Assembly (NCBI GenBank): GCA_964342815.1
Contig: CAYFHS010000015.1
Coordinates: 247-64,246, forward strand
Length of the DNA: 64,000 nucleotides
Origin: an uncultured archaeon
GTDB taxonomy: Archaea; Thermoplasmatota; Penumbrarchaeia; JASLWR01
Direction: 5' to 3'
The position numbers and the translations under genes were made by a program. Each line of letters opens with the position of its first letter. Within the stretch, counting starts at the first letter, position 1. Shown here piece by piece: positions 9,081 through 17,730 of this stretch. The notes beneath the pieces are model-generated. The model saw only the letters and a list, made by a program, of their open reading frames with translations. It did no database searches and had not been told where the DNA came from.

Positions 9081-9656
9081 TCATCCCCCTCCCTTCATAC
9101 ACATCTCGAGATAGGATTCCCTAATCCATTCTTTCTCCGCAAGTCCCGTGATAAGAGATTTCATTTCATCCACAGTTTCGTCCACGAGCTTAAATTCACT
9201 TATTACTTTCTCGATTTCCATGAAATTCCCCAAACCTTCTACACGGTCAAGACAGATTACGAATCCCTCGTATGAAATCTCTCTACGGGTCTTTATTACC
9301 TTTCCACTCTCACGAAAACCCAGCGAACGAAAGAGTTCCATCAAAGAATCCCCTTGATTCATATCCAAATCGATATTGATCTCACGCCTTGTTTTTGAAT
9401 CGAGGTGTATCTTAGGTCCCTTGTATGTTAGGAGAAGGCGGCCCAAGTCTCTATCAATCAATTCACCTGTAGGTCGAATTTTTCTCAGGCGCAGTGCCTC
9501 GTCCGTCTCCCTGAAATCATCAGCGGGTGAATTGAAATAATGGTCTTCTTCAATAGTCTCTTCCAGTAATACAGCACCACGATCATAGAGAAAAGATAAT
9601 ATTTTGGAGATTTCAGAACCATCAAGCTTCGTCTTGATCTCTACTTCGAGATTCAT
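9081..9656 (-). CDS. CYTH-domain protein (class IV adenylyl cyclase / triphosphatase family)
   Basis: MNLEVEIKTKL carries the ExExK signature at the N-terminus. I moved the start to the ATG at 9656; the track ORF begins 21 codons upstream at 9719. 4 nt separate it from the downstream PKD gene. Confidence 0.75.
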   Translation of the reverse strand: MNLEVEIKTKLDGSEISKILSFLYDRGAVLLEETIEEDHYFNSPADDFRETDEALRLRKIRPTGELIDRDLGRLLLTYKGPKIHLDSKTRREINIDLDMNQGDSLMELFRSLGFRESGKVIKTRREISYEGFVICLDRVEGLGNFMEIEKVISEFKLVDETVDEMKSLITGLAEKEWIRESYLEMCMKGGG

Positions 9657-9802
9657 GAATTGGATAATAACGTTGTTCAATATGTTTTTTCCCCAGAGAT
9701 AATTCCATAATGATAACATCTAATGCTTTTAAAATTGATGTAAAATAATTAATAGCGACTATACATTATCATAAACAACGGGTAATTACGAAAAGGGAAA
9801 CA

Positions 9803-11203
9803 ATGCTATCCATATCCTATGAAGAAATGACGATGCATCTATATCAATGGGCAGTTGGAGGGAAGATGCATCCCTTGGTCTGTGAGGTCCACCTATCGGA
9901 ACAATCCCAAAGTGAAGGTTTTTTCTCACTATTAAAAAACCGGAGAGAGGAAAACGGTAGCCCAATATTCCTGACAGAGGAAGAGTTAAGGGATATTATT
10001 ATACAAATGAGAGATATTGGTGTCCGTGATTTCCGGTTCGTGGTAGATGTTACAAATCATTATAATAAAGAATTATTGTTCAGTCTATTAGCCAATGTTA
10101 AAGGCAAAGGAGTAGCAAAATCCATTATTTCCAACGGTATGGAACTATCCGGAAATGATATTAAAAATATGTTGGACGCCAATGTGAACCTATTCGAATT
10201 CTCAATTGCCGGACCTGACGAAAATACACATTATGCGAATCGAGAAAAAAATGGCTCTTGGGAAAACAATACAACCGCACTTCACATAATAAAAAAGTTT
10301 ATTGAAAATCAACCCGGATACTCTCCGAGGATCTGCGTAAATGTATTATTGACAAAGGCCAACTGGAACAAACTTTCCAATACCATACGGTTCGCGCATA
10401 GGTCTGGAGCCGACAGCTTCCAGATCCGTCTTCCGAATCCTTCCATTGAGATGAATAAAGAGTTGAACATCTCATCCAGCCAAGCACGCGATCTTCTACT
10501 GATAAAGGATGACCTTGTGAACCTATGCAATATTTATCATATGGATCATAATTTAGACACTTTCCTTCAAGATCGAGTGCTTTTTCCCGTACGGTTGGTA
10601 AAAGAGAAAAAAAAGGATAGCGAAAAAGACCTTACACCCGGATTACCCGACTTTCTCGTGAGATACAAGAAAAGGTTTCCGAAGATGGAGGACTCATTTC
10701 TCCGTTTTGCAACTCTTAGTGATTACGAACCGTGGTATTTCATGGAAGTGAGGGGCGAGGGCATATTAGTTCCAAGAGGAAATAAATATGTCGCCCAAGG
10801 TAACTCCAAGCACTCGATAGAGGAAATATGGTTCGGTAACGAATATAACCAGTGGAGAAGCAGGGCGTTAGCAGTGGGGATGGATCGAACCGCCGTAAAG
10901 CATTCCTTGGTTGGTCCCGGCGGAGTTAAGACAATCCAGAGAGGATTGTTAAAACGATGGAAAGAGGCTTATCTTGCTCAACCCCAGACATCCGCGGGTC
11001 GGGGAAATCTCTTGACCGAATACAGAAATAAAGAAGCAAAGGTCAAGTTGAAGATGCTTGATCGCGACATCCTACTGCTTGAGAAAAATATCAAAGATAT
11101 CAAAAGGCGAATGGATCTCTATTCCAAGGACAAAGAACGTATCATAAAACTCCGCCAGTCACTTTTATTTCGATGGTACCAATCCATCAGACGAATGTTG
11201 TAG
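9803..11203 (+). CDS. Radical-SAM/SPASM-fold homolog lacking all cluster cysteines, with a C-terminal coiled coil
   Basis: KSIISNGMELSGNDIKNMLDANVNLFEFSIAGPDENTHYANREKNGSWENNTTALHIIKKF...ICVNVLLTKANWNKLSNTIRFAHRSGADSFQI follows the TNG...SlDG...RG..g.f...N pattern of the radical-SAM TIM barrel. IEEIWFGNEYNQWRSRAL resembles the SPASM-region motif. Where CxxxCxxC is expected the sequence reads LVCEVHLSEQSQSEGFF. There is no GGE motif and no SPASM cysteines. Confidence 0.5.
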   Translation: MLSISYEEMTMHLYQWAVGGKMHPLVCEVHLSEQSQSEGFFSLLKNRREENGSPIFLTEEELRDIIIQMRDIGVRDFRFVVDVTNHYNKELLFSLLANVKGKGVAKSIISNGMELSGNDIKNMLDANVNLFEFSIAGPDENTHYANREKNGSWENNTTALHIIKKFIENQPGYSPRICVNVLLTKANWNKLSNTIRFAHRSGADSFQIRLPNPSIEMNKELNISSSQARDLLLIKDDLVNLCNIYHMDHNLDTFLQDRVLFPVRLVKEKKKDSEKDLTPGLPDFLVRYKKRFPKMEDSFLRFATLSDYEPWYFMEVRGEGILVPRGNKYVAQGNSKHSIEEIWFGNEYNQWRSRALAVGMDRTAVKHSLVGPGGVKTIQRGLLKRWKEAYLAQPQTSAGRGNLLTEYRNKEAKVKLKMLDRDILLLEKNIKDIKRRMDLYSKDKERIIKLRQSLLFRWYQSIRRML

Positions 11204-11223
11204 AATATTGTCAATGGTGGAAA

Positions 11224-11660
11224 GCTCGACAAAAAGTCGAGGCCTTTCGAGTAACGGTTTGCCGAGGTCCGAGCAATTTCCCCCGGAAATTGACGGATGA
11301 GCGGGGCATTTCAATGCCCTGCACCTGCCAAAGCCTTGGCAGGAGTAACGCCTCGACAAATACAGGCGTATCTCAGATACGCCAGGACCCGAAAGGGATA
11401 GATGTGTCCCGGACACATCGAGGTTTACAGCTTGGCAATGTTTGCGGAATCGGGGCCTGTAGGTTTCCGAAGGAAATCGAAGGCTCAGGTGCATTTAATG
11501 CACCGGAATCTGACCGGACACTTGCGGGCACCTGTAGGAACCTGAAGGGTTCTGAAGGTGCAGTTGCATCTCGATGCAACGGAGTAAAACGGGCAGGTCA
11601 GATGTGCCGTCAGGTACATCGAGATGTAATGGGAGCCCGTAGGGCCGATTCCGCTGAATC
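11224..11660 (+). ncRNA. Candidate large structured RNA, class unknown
   Basis: There is no credible CDS; the two overlapping ORFs are Arg/Cys/Gly-rich with no protein-like pattern. My hand count for 11221-11640 is 226 G+C of 420 (54%), against 23 of 60 (38%) in the coding line 11041-11100. At least 11 perfect or near-perfect local hairpins and two long-range helices are present (coordinates are in the finding). Every non-Watson-Crick position in the proposed helices is G-U on the plus strand, which would be A-C on the minus strand, so I call the plus strand. Confidence 0.5.
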
Positions 11661-11680
11661 ATAAATTAAGGGTTGATTCT

Positions 11681-12409
11681 GTGGATATGGATGAGCTGCA
11701 AAGAAGGATACGGGCCGTGAATCGGAAATATCAAAGGCCGTATATATTCATAAACTCTGCATCATCTCTGGATGGGAAGATCGCTCTCAGAGACGGGAAA
11801 CAATTGAAAATATCCACTATCGAAGATCTCAGGAGGGTGCATAGACTTCGTAACGAGATGGACGCTATTCTAGTAGGTATCAACACAGTAATTTTGGACG
11901 ATCCCCGTCTCCAGGTAAAAGCGGAATTCTTTTCCGGCTCTATCAATAATCCGGTACGTATTGTGGTGGATTCAAGAGGAAGAATCCCCCCTACGAGCAG
12001 AATTTTATCGGGAACAACTGATACGATAATCGCCGTATTAAAGGGAAATGAAAGAAATTTGGGCCGACTGTATGACAGAGAACAAGGTATTATTGTAATC
12101 AAGGGAGTAGAGGCTAACGAAGAAGGGAAGGTGGATCTTCCCACTCTATTTCGAGAGCTTTTTTCAGAGAATATCAACTCGATCCTCGTAGAAGGCGGTT
12201 CAACTATAATATCATCGCTTCTCAGAAGGGATTATTTCGACACATACAGTATATTTTTCCGGAATTTAGTCGTAGGTGGAAGACAAGCACCGACTTTGGT
12301 GGGAGGTCACAGTGCGGTGGTCCCTGAAGACCTGATCCGTTTTGACGATCCCGAAATCGTAATCATGGATGGTGGAATGCTTTTAACCTATCATTCTCAA
12401 ATAATTTAG
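11681..12409 (+). CDS. RibD C-terminal-domain reductase (2,5-diamino-6-ribosylamino-pyrimidinone 5'-phosphate reductase type, riboflavin pathway)
   Basis: RPYIFINSASSLDGKIAL...LRRVHRLRNEMDAILVGINTVILDDPRL...NPVRIVVDSRGRIP...ILVEGGSTIISSLL matches the RibD_C / archaeal pyrimidine reductase pattern. The start is GTG at 11681 or ATG at 11687. Confidence 0.75.
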   Translation: MDMDELQRRIRAVNRKYQRPYIFINSASSLDGKIALRDGKQLKISTIEDLRRVHRLRNEMDAILVGINTVILDDPRLQVKAEFFSGSINNPVRIVVDSRGRIPPTSRILSGTTDTIIAVLKGNERNLGRLYDREQGIIVIKGVEANEEGKVDLPTLFRELFSENINSILVEGGSTIISSLLRRDYFDTYSIFFRNLVVGGRQAPTLVGGHSAVVPEDLIRFDDPEIVIMDGGMLLTYHSQII

Positions 12410-12437
12410 CTTTATTCGGATTTTGGTTGTGTTTCAA

Positions 12438-12911
12438 ATGGATGAAATGAGCCTGAGATTCGTATGTGATCGGATGTTGGGTAGTCTCTGCAAATGGCTG
12501 CGGTTTCTTGGATTTGATACGATATATCCTGCAGACGTAAATGATAAAAGAATCGACGAGCTGATACATAAGGATTCTCGGATTCTACTTACAAGGGACA
12601 GGTCTTTTGCAAATAAAGCCCGCTCCCGCACCCTTTTGATCAGATCCCTCCATAGGGACGAGCAGCTAAAGGAAGTAGACAGGGAATTTAACATCATCGG
12701 CCTTTCTCTTGAAGGAAAATTATTACTGAGTCGGTGTTCGGTATGCAATCACTCATTGAATATAATTAATAAGGACGAGATAGAGGGGCTGGTACCTCGA
12801 GGTGTTTATGAATGTCAGGATTCATACTGGTCATGTCCAGAATGTGAAAAATATTACTGGCCAGGGACACATTATATGGAAATTCTTAATAAAATAGAAA
12901 CATTGAAATAA
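12438..12911 (+). CDS. Mut7-C RNase domain (PIN-like plus C-terminal zinc ribbon) protein
   Basis: LRFVCDRMLGSLCKWLRFLGFDTIY...ILLTRDRSF, followed by CSVCNHSL...YWSCPECEKYYWPGTHY, is the classic Mut7-C/DUF82 layout. I placed the start at the ATG at 12438. Confidence 0.7.
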   Translation: MDEMSLRFVCDRMLGSLCKWLRFLGFDTIYPADVNDKRIDELIHKDSRILLTRDRSFANKARSRTLLIRSLHRDEQLKEVDREFNIIGLSLEGKLLLSRCSVCNHSLNIINKDEIEGLVPRGVYECQDSYWSCPECEKYYWPGTHYMEILNKIETLK

Positions 12912-13031
12912 ATCCATGTTATTTATCGGCAGGAAACATGTGACCTTTTGGTATTCCCACCTGTTACAAACATTAAATAATATTGCGTAATTGAAAAATC
13001 AACTATTATTAAACCATGGATGTGATTATCT

Positions 13032-14156
13032 TTGCCAGTGGATTATTATAAGTTATTGGAAATTGACCATGATGCGTCTCAGGCGGATGTAAAGAAAGCA
13101 TACCGGCGTCTGGCTAGGAAATACCACCCCGATGCCAACAAGGATGACCCCACGGCGGCGGACAAGTTCCGGAAGATCAAAGAGGCTTTTGACATTCTTT
13201 CCGATCCATTGGAAAGGGATAAATACGACCATTACGGACCAGCATACGGCGGTGGTGGCAGTCCGGAACCCCCTTCCAAATCTTCCTATGCTGCTCCCCC
13301 TCCACCCCCTACCTCCGAGGATGTCTTTTCTCCAGGACCCTATGATGACATACGCCAGGTTCCTCGACAGGGACCTCCACAATCAAGCGGTATGGGTCCC
13401 CAACCGGGTGCCGACCTCAGGTATGACCTGGAGATCACCTTCGAGGAGAGCATTTTCGGTCTCGAAACAGAGATATACGTTCCAATAATGTCAGAATGCA
13501 ACATCTGCCAGGGAACGGGCATACGCCCGGGAGCACCACAGGTACCTTGTCGATATTGCAGTGGAAGAGGGGAGGTTCGCCAGGAATCTTATGGAACCAT
13601 GGGTGGTTTCGTTATATGTGAAAACTGCCAGGGTACCGGTATAAGTCCGGAGAATCTATGTTATAACTGTCAAGGATCAGGAAGGAACCAGTCCCAGAGG
13701 TCTGTTTACGTCAAAGTACCTCCGGGAGTAGAGAACGGGGCTCGTCTGAGGATTCGAGGAATGGGCGAACCAGGATCTAGAGGAGGGCCACCGGGTGATC
13801 TTTACGTCATGATATACGTACTGGAACACGACCGGTTCGAGCGTCATGGTGACGAGATACTCTGTGAGACCACCGTCACCATTCTCCAGGCTGCATTGGG
13901 TGCGGAGATCGAGGTCCCTACAATCGACGGGAAGGCAAAGATGAAGATCCCTCCAGGGACACAGACTGGAACTATATTCCGTCTCAGAGGAAAAGGTGTT
14001 CCCAACATTCATACCGGGCAAAGAGGCGACCAACACGTAAAAGTGACAGTGGTGACCCCTAGCAAGCTCAGCAGGAACGGGAAGGAACTTCTTTGGAAAT
14101 TTGGTAAAGAGATCGGAGAAGACATGAGTTCTATATTGTGGAGAAAGAAGCGGTAA
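13032..14156 (+). CDS. dnaJ: Chaperone DnaJ (Hsp40), type I
   Basis: J domain DYYKLLEIDHDASQADVKKAYRRLARKYHPDANKDD. A Gly/Pro-rich linker follows. There are four CxxCxGxG repeats (CNICQGTG, CRYCSGRG, CENCQGTG, CYNCQGSG) and a C-terminal substrate-binding domain. The start is TTG at 13032 or GTG at 13038. No dnaK or grpE in the window. Confidence 0.9.
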   Translation: MPVDYYKLLEIDHDASQADVKKAYRRLARKYHPDANKDDPTAADKFRKIKEAFDILSDPLERDKYDHYGPAYGGGGSPEPPSKSSYAAPPPPPTSEDVFSPGPYDDIRQVPRQGPPQSSGMGPQPGADLRYDLEITFEESIFGLETEIYVPIMSECNICQGTGIRPGAPQVPCRYCSGRGEVRQESYGTMGGFVICENCQGTGISPENLCYNCQGSGRNQSQRSVYVKVPPGVENGARLRIRGMGEPGSRGGPPGDLYVMIYVLEHDRFERHGDEILCETTVTILQAALGAEIEVPTIDGKAKMKIPPGTQTGTIFRLRGKGVPNIHTGQRGDQHVKVTVVTPSKLSRNGKELLWKFGKEIGEDMSSILWRKKR

Positions 14157-14244
14157 CGGTCCGATTTTACATTAGCCGCAGACGGCTGCCTCAATGATTC
14201 CGTTTCTAAGCACCGTTTGTAAATTATTTTAGAGGTTGTTATTC

Positions 14245-15891
14245 ATGTCAAGAGAGATTTCAGCCCCTACCGGAAATAAGCTAACGTGCAAGAGCTGGCA
14301 GACCGAGGCTCCAATGAGAATGCTTATGAACAATCTCGATCCGGATGTTGCCCGAGATCCCCAGAATCTCATCGTGTACGGCGGCACTGGTAAAGCCGCA
14401 AGGAGCTGGGAATCATACGATGCCATAATCCGCTCACTGCGTGCTCTTGAAGGTAATGAGACACTGCTTGTCCAGAGTGGAAAACCCGTGGGAGTTTTCA
14501 AGACCAATCAATGGGCCCCAAGGGTTCTTATTGCCAACTCACTTTTGGTTCCCAAGTGGGCCACAATGAGTTATTTCAACGAGCTGGAGGACAAAGGCCT
14601 CATCATGTACGGTCAGATGACCGCGGGTTCGTGGATTTATATCGGTACCCAGGGTATTCTCCAAGGTACGTATGAAACCTTTGGTTCCTTGGCTAGGAGG
14701 CATTATTCAGGGGACCTGAAAGGGAAAATCGTGGCAACGGCGGGTCTCGGGGAAATGGGGGGAGCTCAGCCTTTAGCAGTGTCTCTGAACGGTGGTGTTT
14801 GTATTGCCGTGGAGGCAGACCCGGAGATGATCGACAGAAGACTTAGAACAAAATACCTGGATCAGCGCGTGGATGATCTAGATACTGCTCTGAAACTGGC
14901 CATGGAGTATAAGGAGAAAGGAGAGGGAAAATCCATTGGATTATTGGGAAATGCCGCGGAGGTATTTCCCGAACTTGTAAAAAAGAATTTTATCCCGGAT
15001 GTGCTAACTGATCAAACTTCGGCCCATGATCCGCTGAACGGATATATCCCAGCAGGTTATACTGTGCGGAAAGCAGCGGAACTACGCCAGGATAAACCTG
15101 AAAGATACCTATCATTGGCCATGGATTCAATATCTACCCATATACGAGCCATCCTTCAGCTAAAAGAAAGGGGAGCAATCGCCTTCGACTACGGAAACAA
15201 TATAAGGCAAATGGCCTATGATGGAGGTGTGAAGGATGCCTTTTCCTACCCCGGTTTTGTACCCGCCTATGTGCGACCCCTGTTCTGTGAAGGCAAGGGT
15301 CCATTCAGATGGGTGGCGCTCTCCGGTGATCCTGAAGATATATACCGTACGGATGAAGTAATTTTAAAACTATTCCCCGAGGATCTACATCTAAGAAGAT
15401 GGATCAAATTGGCTCACAGTTCCTTTGATTTCCAGGGATTACCAGCAAGGATATGCTGGCTTGGATATGGTGAGAGAGCCCGGGCCGGATTGGCATTCAA
15501 TGAGATGGTCCGGAACGGTACCGTATCTGCACCTATAGTGATCGGCAGAGACCATCTAGATTGCGGCTCGGTGGCTAGTCCAAACCGGGAGACCGAGGGA
15601 ATGCTGGACGGCAGTGATGCTATTGCGGACTGGCCGGTTCTCAATGCTATGTTGAACGTGGCCAGTGGTGCAACGTGGGTAAGCCTGCATCACGGCGGAG
15701 GTGTTGGTATTGGGTATTCCATACATGCTGGACAGGTGATCGTGGCAGACGGGACCGAACTAGCCGGGGAAAAATTGCTCCGGGTACTGACGAACGATCC
15801 GGGTACGGGTATAATGAGGCATGCGGATGCAGGTTATGTCACTGCCCGGGAAAACGCCATAAAACAGAATATAAAAATACCTATGTTATGA
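14245..15891 (+). CDS. hutU: Urocanate hydratase
   Basis: About 550 aa with [30 protein letters not shown]...[13 protein letters not shown]...[24 protein letters not shown]...MGGAQPLA..., a full-length urocanase pattern. The ATG at 14245 is preceded by AGAGG. Confidence 0.92.
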   Translation: MSREISAPTGNKLTCKSWQTEAPMRMLMNNLDPDVARDPQNLIVYGGTGKAARSWESYDAIIRSLRALEGNETLLVQSGKPVGVFKTNQWAPRVLIANSLLVPKWATMSYFNELEDKGLIMYGQMTAGSWIYIGTQGILQGTYETFGSLARRHYSGDLKGKIVATAGLGEMGGAQPLAVSLNGGVCIAVEADPEMIDRRLRTKYLDQRVDDLDTALKLAMEYKEKGEGKSIGLLGNAAEVFPELVKKNFIPDVLTDQTSAHDPLNGYIPAGYTVRKAAELRQDKPERYLSLAMDSISTHIRAILQLKERGAIAFDYGNNIRQMAYDGGVKDAFSYPGFVPAYVRPLFCEGKGPFRWVALSGDPEDIYRTDEVILKLFPEDLHLRRWIKLAHSSFDFQGLPARICWLGYGERARAGLAFNEMVRNGTVSAPIVIGRDHLDCGSVASPNRETEGMLDGSDAIADWPVLNAMLNVASGATWVSLHHGGGVGIGYSIHAGQVIVADGTELAGEKLLRVLTNDPGTGIMRHADAGYVTARENAIKQNIKIPML

Positions 15892-16060
15892 TGAACATAT
15901 TCAGATTGCTGATTTGTTCACACTCTGATACGGGCGACATTCCCCTAGATTATTTATTTTTACGATAGAAAGAACCGAAAAACGTTAAATTCCAAAACAA
16001 CTACAAGTTTTAGATATCATCAACTCTAAAATACTGGCAAAGAGGATAAGGTGATCGTAC

Positions 16061-16570
16061 ATGCCCAAGCTTCCCATGGATATATTGAAAAGAAGGGTTT
16101 CGCAGGAATTGGCCCTTGCCAAGAGAAAACTGAACCACATAATCGCTATCGAAGGCGGCGAGATCGAAGATTTCCCGGTCTCGCTTATGGTTACTTTAAT
16201 AAGCACCCCTGGCCCCGTCTGGAGGAAAGACCTGCTTTCTCACAAGAACACACATCAGTTCAGGGTCACAATAACCGATAGTTACCCATATGAAAAACCA
16301 ATCGTTAAATGGGAAAGCGAGATATTTCACCCTAACGTTAAAATGCCGAAGGATGGAGGTGACGTATGCACCCGATTGCTAAGCGGATGGGGTTTTCAGT
16401 CAAATTTGCTTTCTTTTATAAAAGGTATCGAATCTCTTCTCACAAATCCGAACCCGAAATCACCATGGGGAACTGACTCCTGTACCACCGCAGCCCAGTA
16501 TTTCAATACACATGAATATGAAACCCCAAGTGTGGGAGAGCAGGACAAAGGACCGCGAATAGTCCGGTAA
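16061..16570 (+). CDS. Ubiquitin-conjugating enzyme (UBC/E2)-fold protein with an HPN-Cys active-site motif
   Basis: FRVTITDSYPYEKPIVKWESEIFHPNVKMPKDGGDVCTRLLSGWGFQSNLLSFIKGIESLLTNPNPKSP lines up with the E2 core (YPxxPP...hHPNh....G.hCl.hL...W.P......hl..I..LL..PNP..P). The N-terminal helix is ILKRRVSQEL. AAGGTGAT lies upstream of the ATG. Confidence 0.75.
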   Translation: MPKLPMDILKRRVSQELALAKRKLNHIIAIEGGEIEDFPVSLMVTLISTPGPVWRKDLLSHKNTHQFRVTITDSYPYEKPIVKWESEIFHPNVKMPKDGGDVCTRLLSGWGFQSNLLSFIKGIESLLTNPNPKSPWGTDSCTTAAQYFNTHEYETPSVGEQDKGPRIVR

Positions 16571-16693
16571 CAATGTATTTAGGAGTAGATAGGAACAAAA
16601 ACAAAATATATGAAGAACCTATTTTTCCATCAGACTTTAAAGACGCTACGACGGAAAAGTTCTAAATGACAAAACAATATTGAGGTGAATAAA

Positions 16694-16837
16694 ATGCAAG
16701 GACGATGCATGAAGTGTAAGAAAATGGTAGATATCAAGGACGGAAAAGAGGTCGTTACGAAGAACAACACAAAGATGATGAAAGGCAAATGCCCCGGGTG
16801 TGGAACCACTGTTTGCAGGATACTGGGCAGAGCATAG
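16694..16837 (+). CDS. Small zinc-ribbon protein (47 aa), below the ORF-track size cutoff
   Basis: My hand translation is MQGRCMKCKKMVDIKDGKEVVTKNNTKMMKGKCPGCGTTVCRILGRA. It has two CxxC pairs about 25 aa apart. A strong GAGGTGA lies 6 nt upstream of the ATG. The overlapping minus-strand track ORFs have no protein-like features. Confidence 0.55.
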   Translation: MQGRCMKCKKMVDIKDGKEVVTKNNTKMMKGKCPGCGTTVCRILGRA

Positions 16838-17064
16838 ATATTTTTTATTAAAATTATTGAGGGCTTCCCCAAGGGGACTTCCTACTTTGAAAGGATGAAT
16901 ACTCAATTAATGGGATTCATCTTTTTTTTCTTTTTTCCTTTTGCAGAAAAATATTTATAAAATATTTTCGATGTATTGATTATCACTTTATAACAATTAC
17001 AAGATAATAATTATATAAAACAAAAACGTTAGATTATATCATATATGAGGGAGTAGGGATAAAA

Positions 17065-17373
17065 ATGATTAAACATGGAAGAGTAATCCTTGGTTTCACG
17101 ATATCTGGTTTTATTCTTATGGCGTTTACCCTCATGGTGTTAAATCAGGGAACGACGGAAACCACTAACGTAGTATCTGCAGAAATTTCCAACCCAATTA
17201 TTGACCAGGAGAAGCTATCTTCCAAGAAATGCAATATATATGAAGAATGCGACAACGGCTGCAAGATAGAATCCCAAGATTATGAGAAAGAATGCTGCAT
17301 CATTTACAACTATTGCCACGGCAACTGCGAGGAGATTGGCGATTGTACGGGTAATTGTGACTATGAGCCATAA
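17065..17373 (+). CDS. Small membrane-anchored/secreted cysteine-rich protein
   Basis: N-terminal TM or signal segment VILGFTISGFILMAFTLMVL. The tail carries 11 Cys in about 50 aa (KKCNIYEECDNGCKIESQDYEKECCIIYNYCHGNCEEIGDCTGNCDYEP). GGGAGTAGGGA lies upstream. Confidence 0.4.
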   Translation: MIKHGRVILGFTISGFILMAFTLMVLNQGTTETTNVVSAEISNPIIDQEKLSSKKCNIYEECDNGCKIESQDYEKECCIIYNYCHGNCEEIGDCTGNCDYEP

Positions 17374-17730
17374 TGTCGGATAGCTAGAAATAATTTTATG
17401 AAGACCATGGAAGATTAGGTAATAAAGGTCCCCAAACGTATTCAACTCTTAACGATCTGCAGTCCGAAGATTATTTTACCTGATTCCAGGGATATCCAGA
17501 CAATACATATTTTTTGGGAATAAATTTACCTTTGAGGAACTCCAAGGAATTCTCGGTTTGAATATATGAAAAAGGAAAAAATAAAGAAATGTTCAATGCT
17601 ACGAAGCCAATTAAATGATAGAAGATATTTTATATAACACAGTTATATAATAAGCTCGATTCAACCGATAAGAATAAATTCCGTCATTATTATTAACTCT
17701 TGATTAAGAAAAAAACCCTAAATCGAGATT

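Noticed and set aside
11224-11660. Identifying the structured segment as RNase P RNA, SRP (7S) RNA, or a glycine, TPP or FMN riboswitch
   Set aside because: I looked for the conserved cores and did not find them: GAGGAAAGUCC and ACAGAA..GGCUUA for RNase P, a GNAR-capped helix 8 with AGCA for SRP, GGAGAG...CUCAGGCAAAAGGAC for glycine, CUGAGA...ACCUGAUCUGGAUAAUGCCAGCG for TPP, and the RFN core. Only short word matches occur (GUAACGCC, CCGAAGGA, CUCAGG, GAACCUGA). That is too weak to name a family without a covariance-model search.
11165-11664. Track ORFs 11173..11664 (+, 163 aa) and 11165..11494 (-, 109 aa) as protein-coding genes
   Set aside because: Both translations are Arg/Cys/Gly-rich with no domain-like pattern. 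They overlap each other on opposite strands. They coincide exactly with the hairpin-dense, GC-enriched segment, which is better explained as structured RNA.
16630-16906. Track ORFs 16630..16872 (-) and 16646..16906 (-)
   Set aside because: Both are hydrophobic, low-complexity translations overlapping each other. The plus strand here encodes a compact C4 zinc-ribbon protein with a strong Shine-Dalgarno sequence, which is the better explanation.
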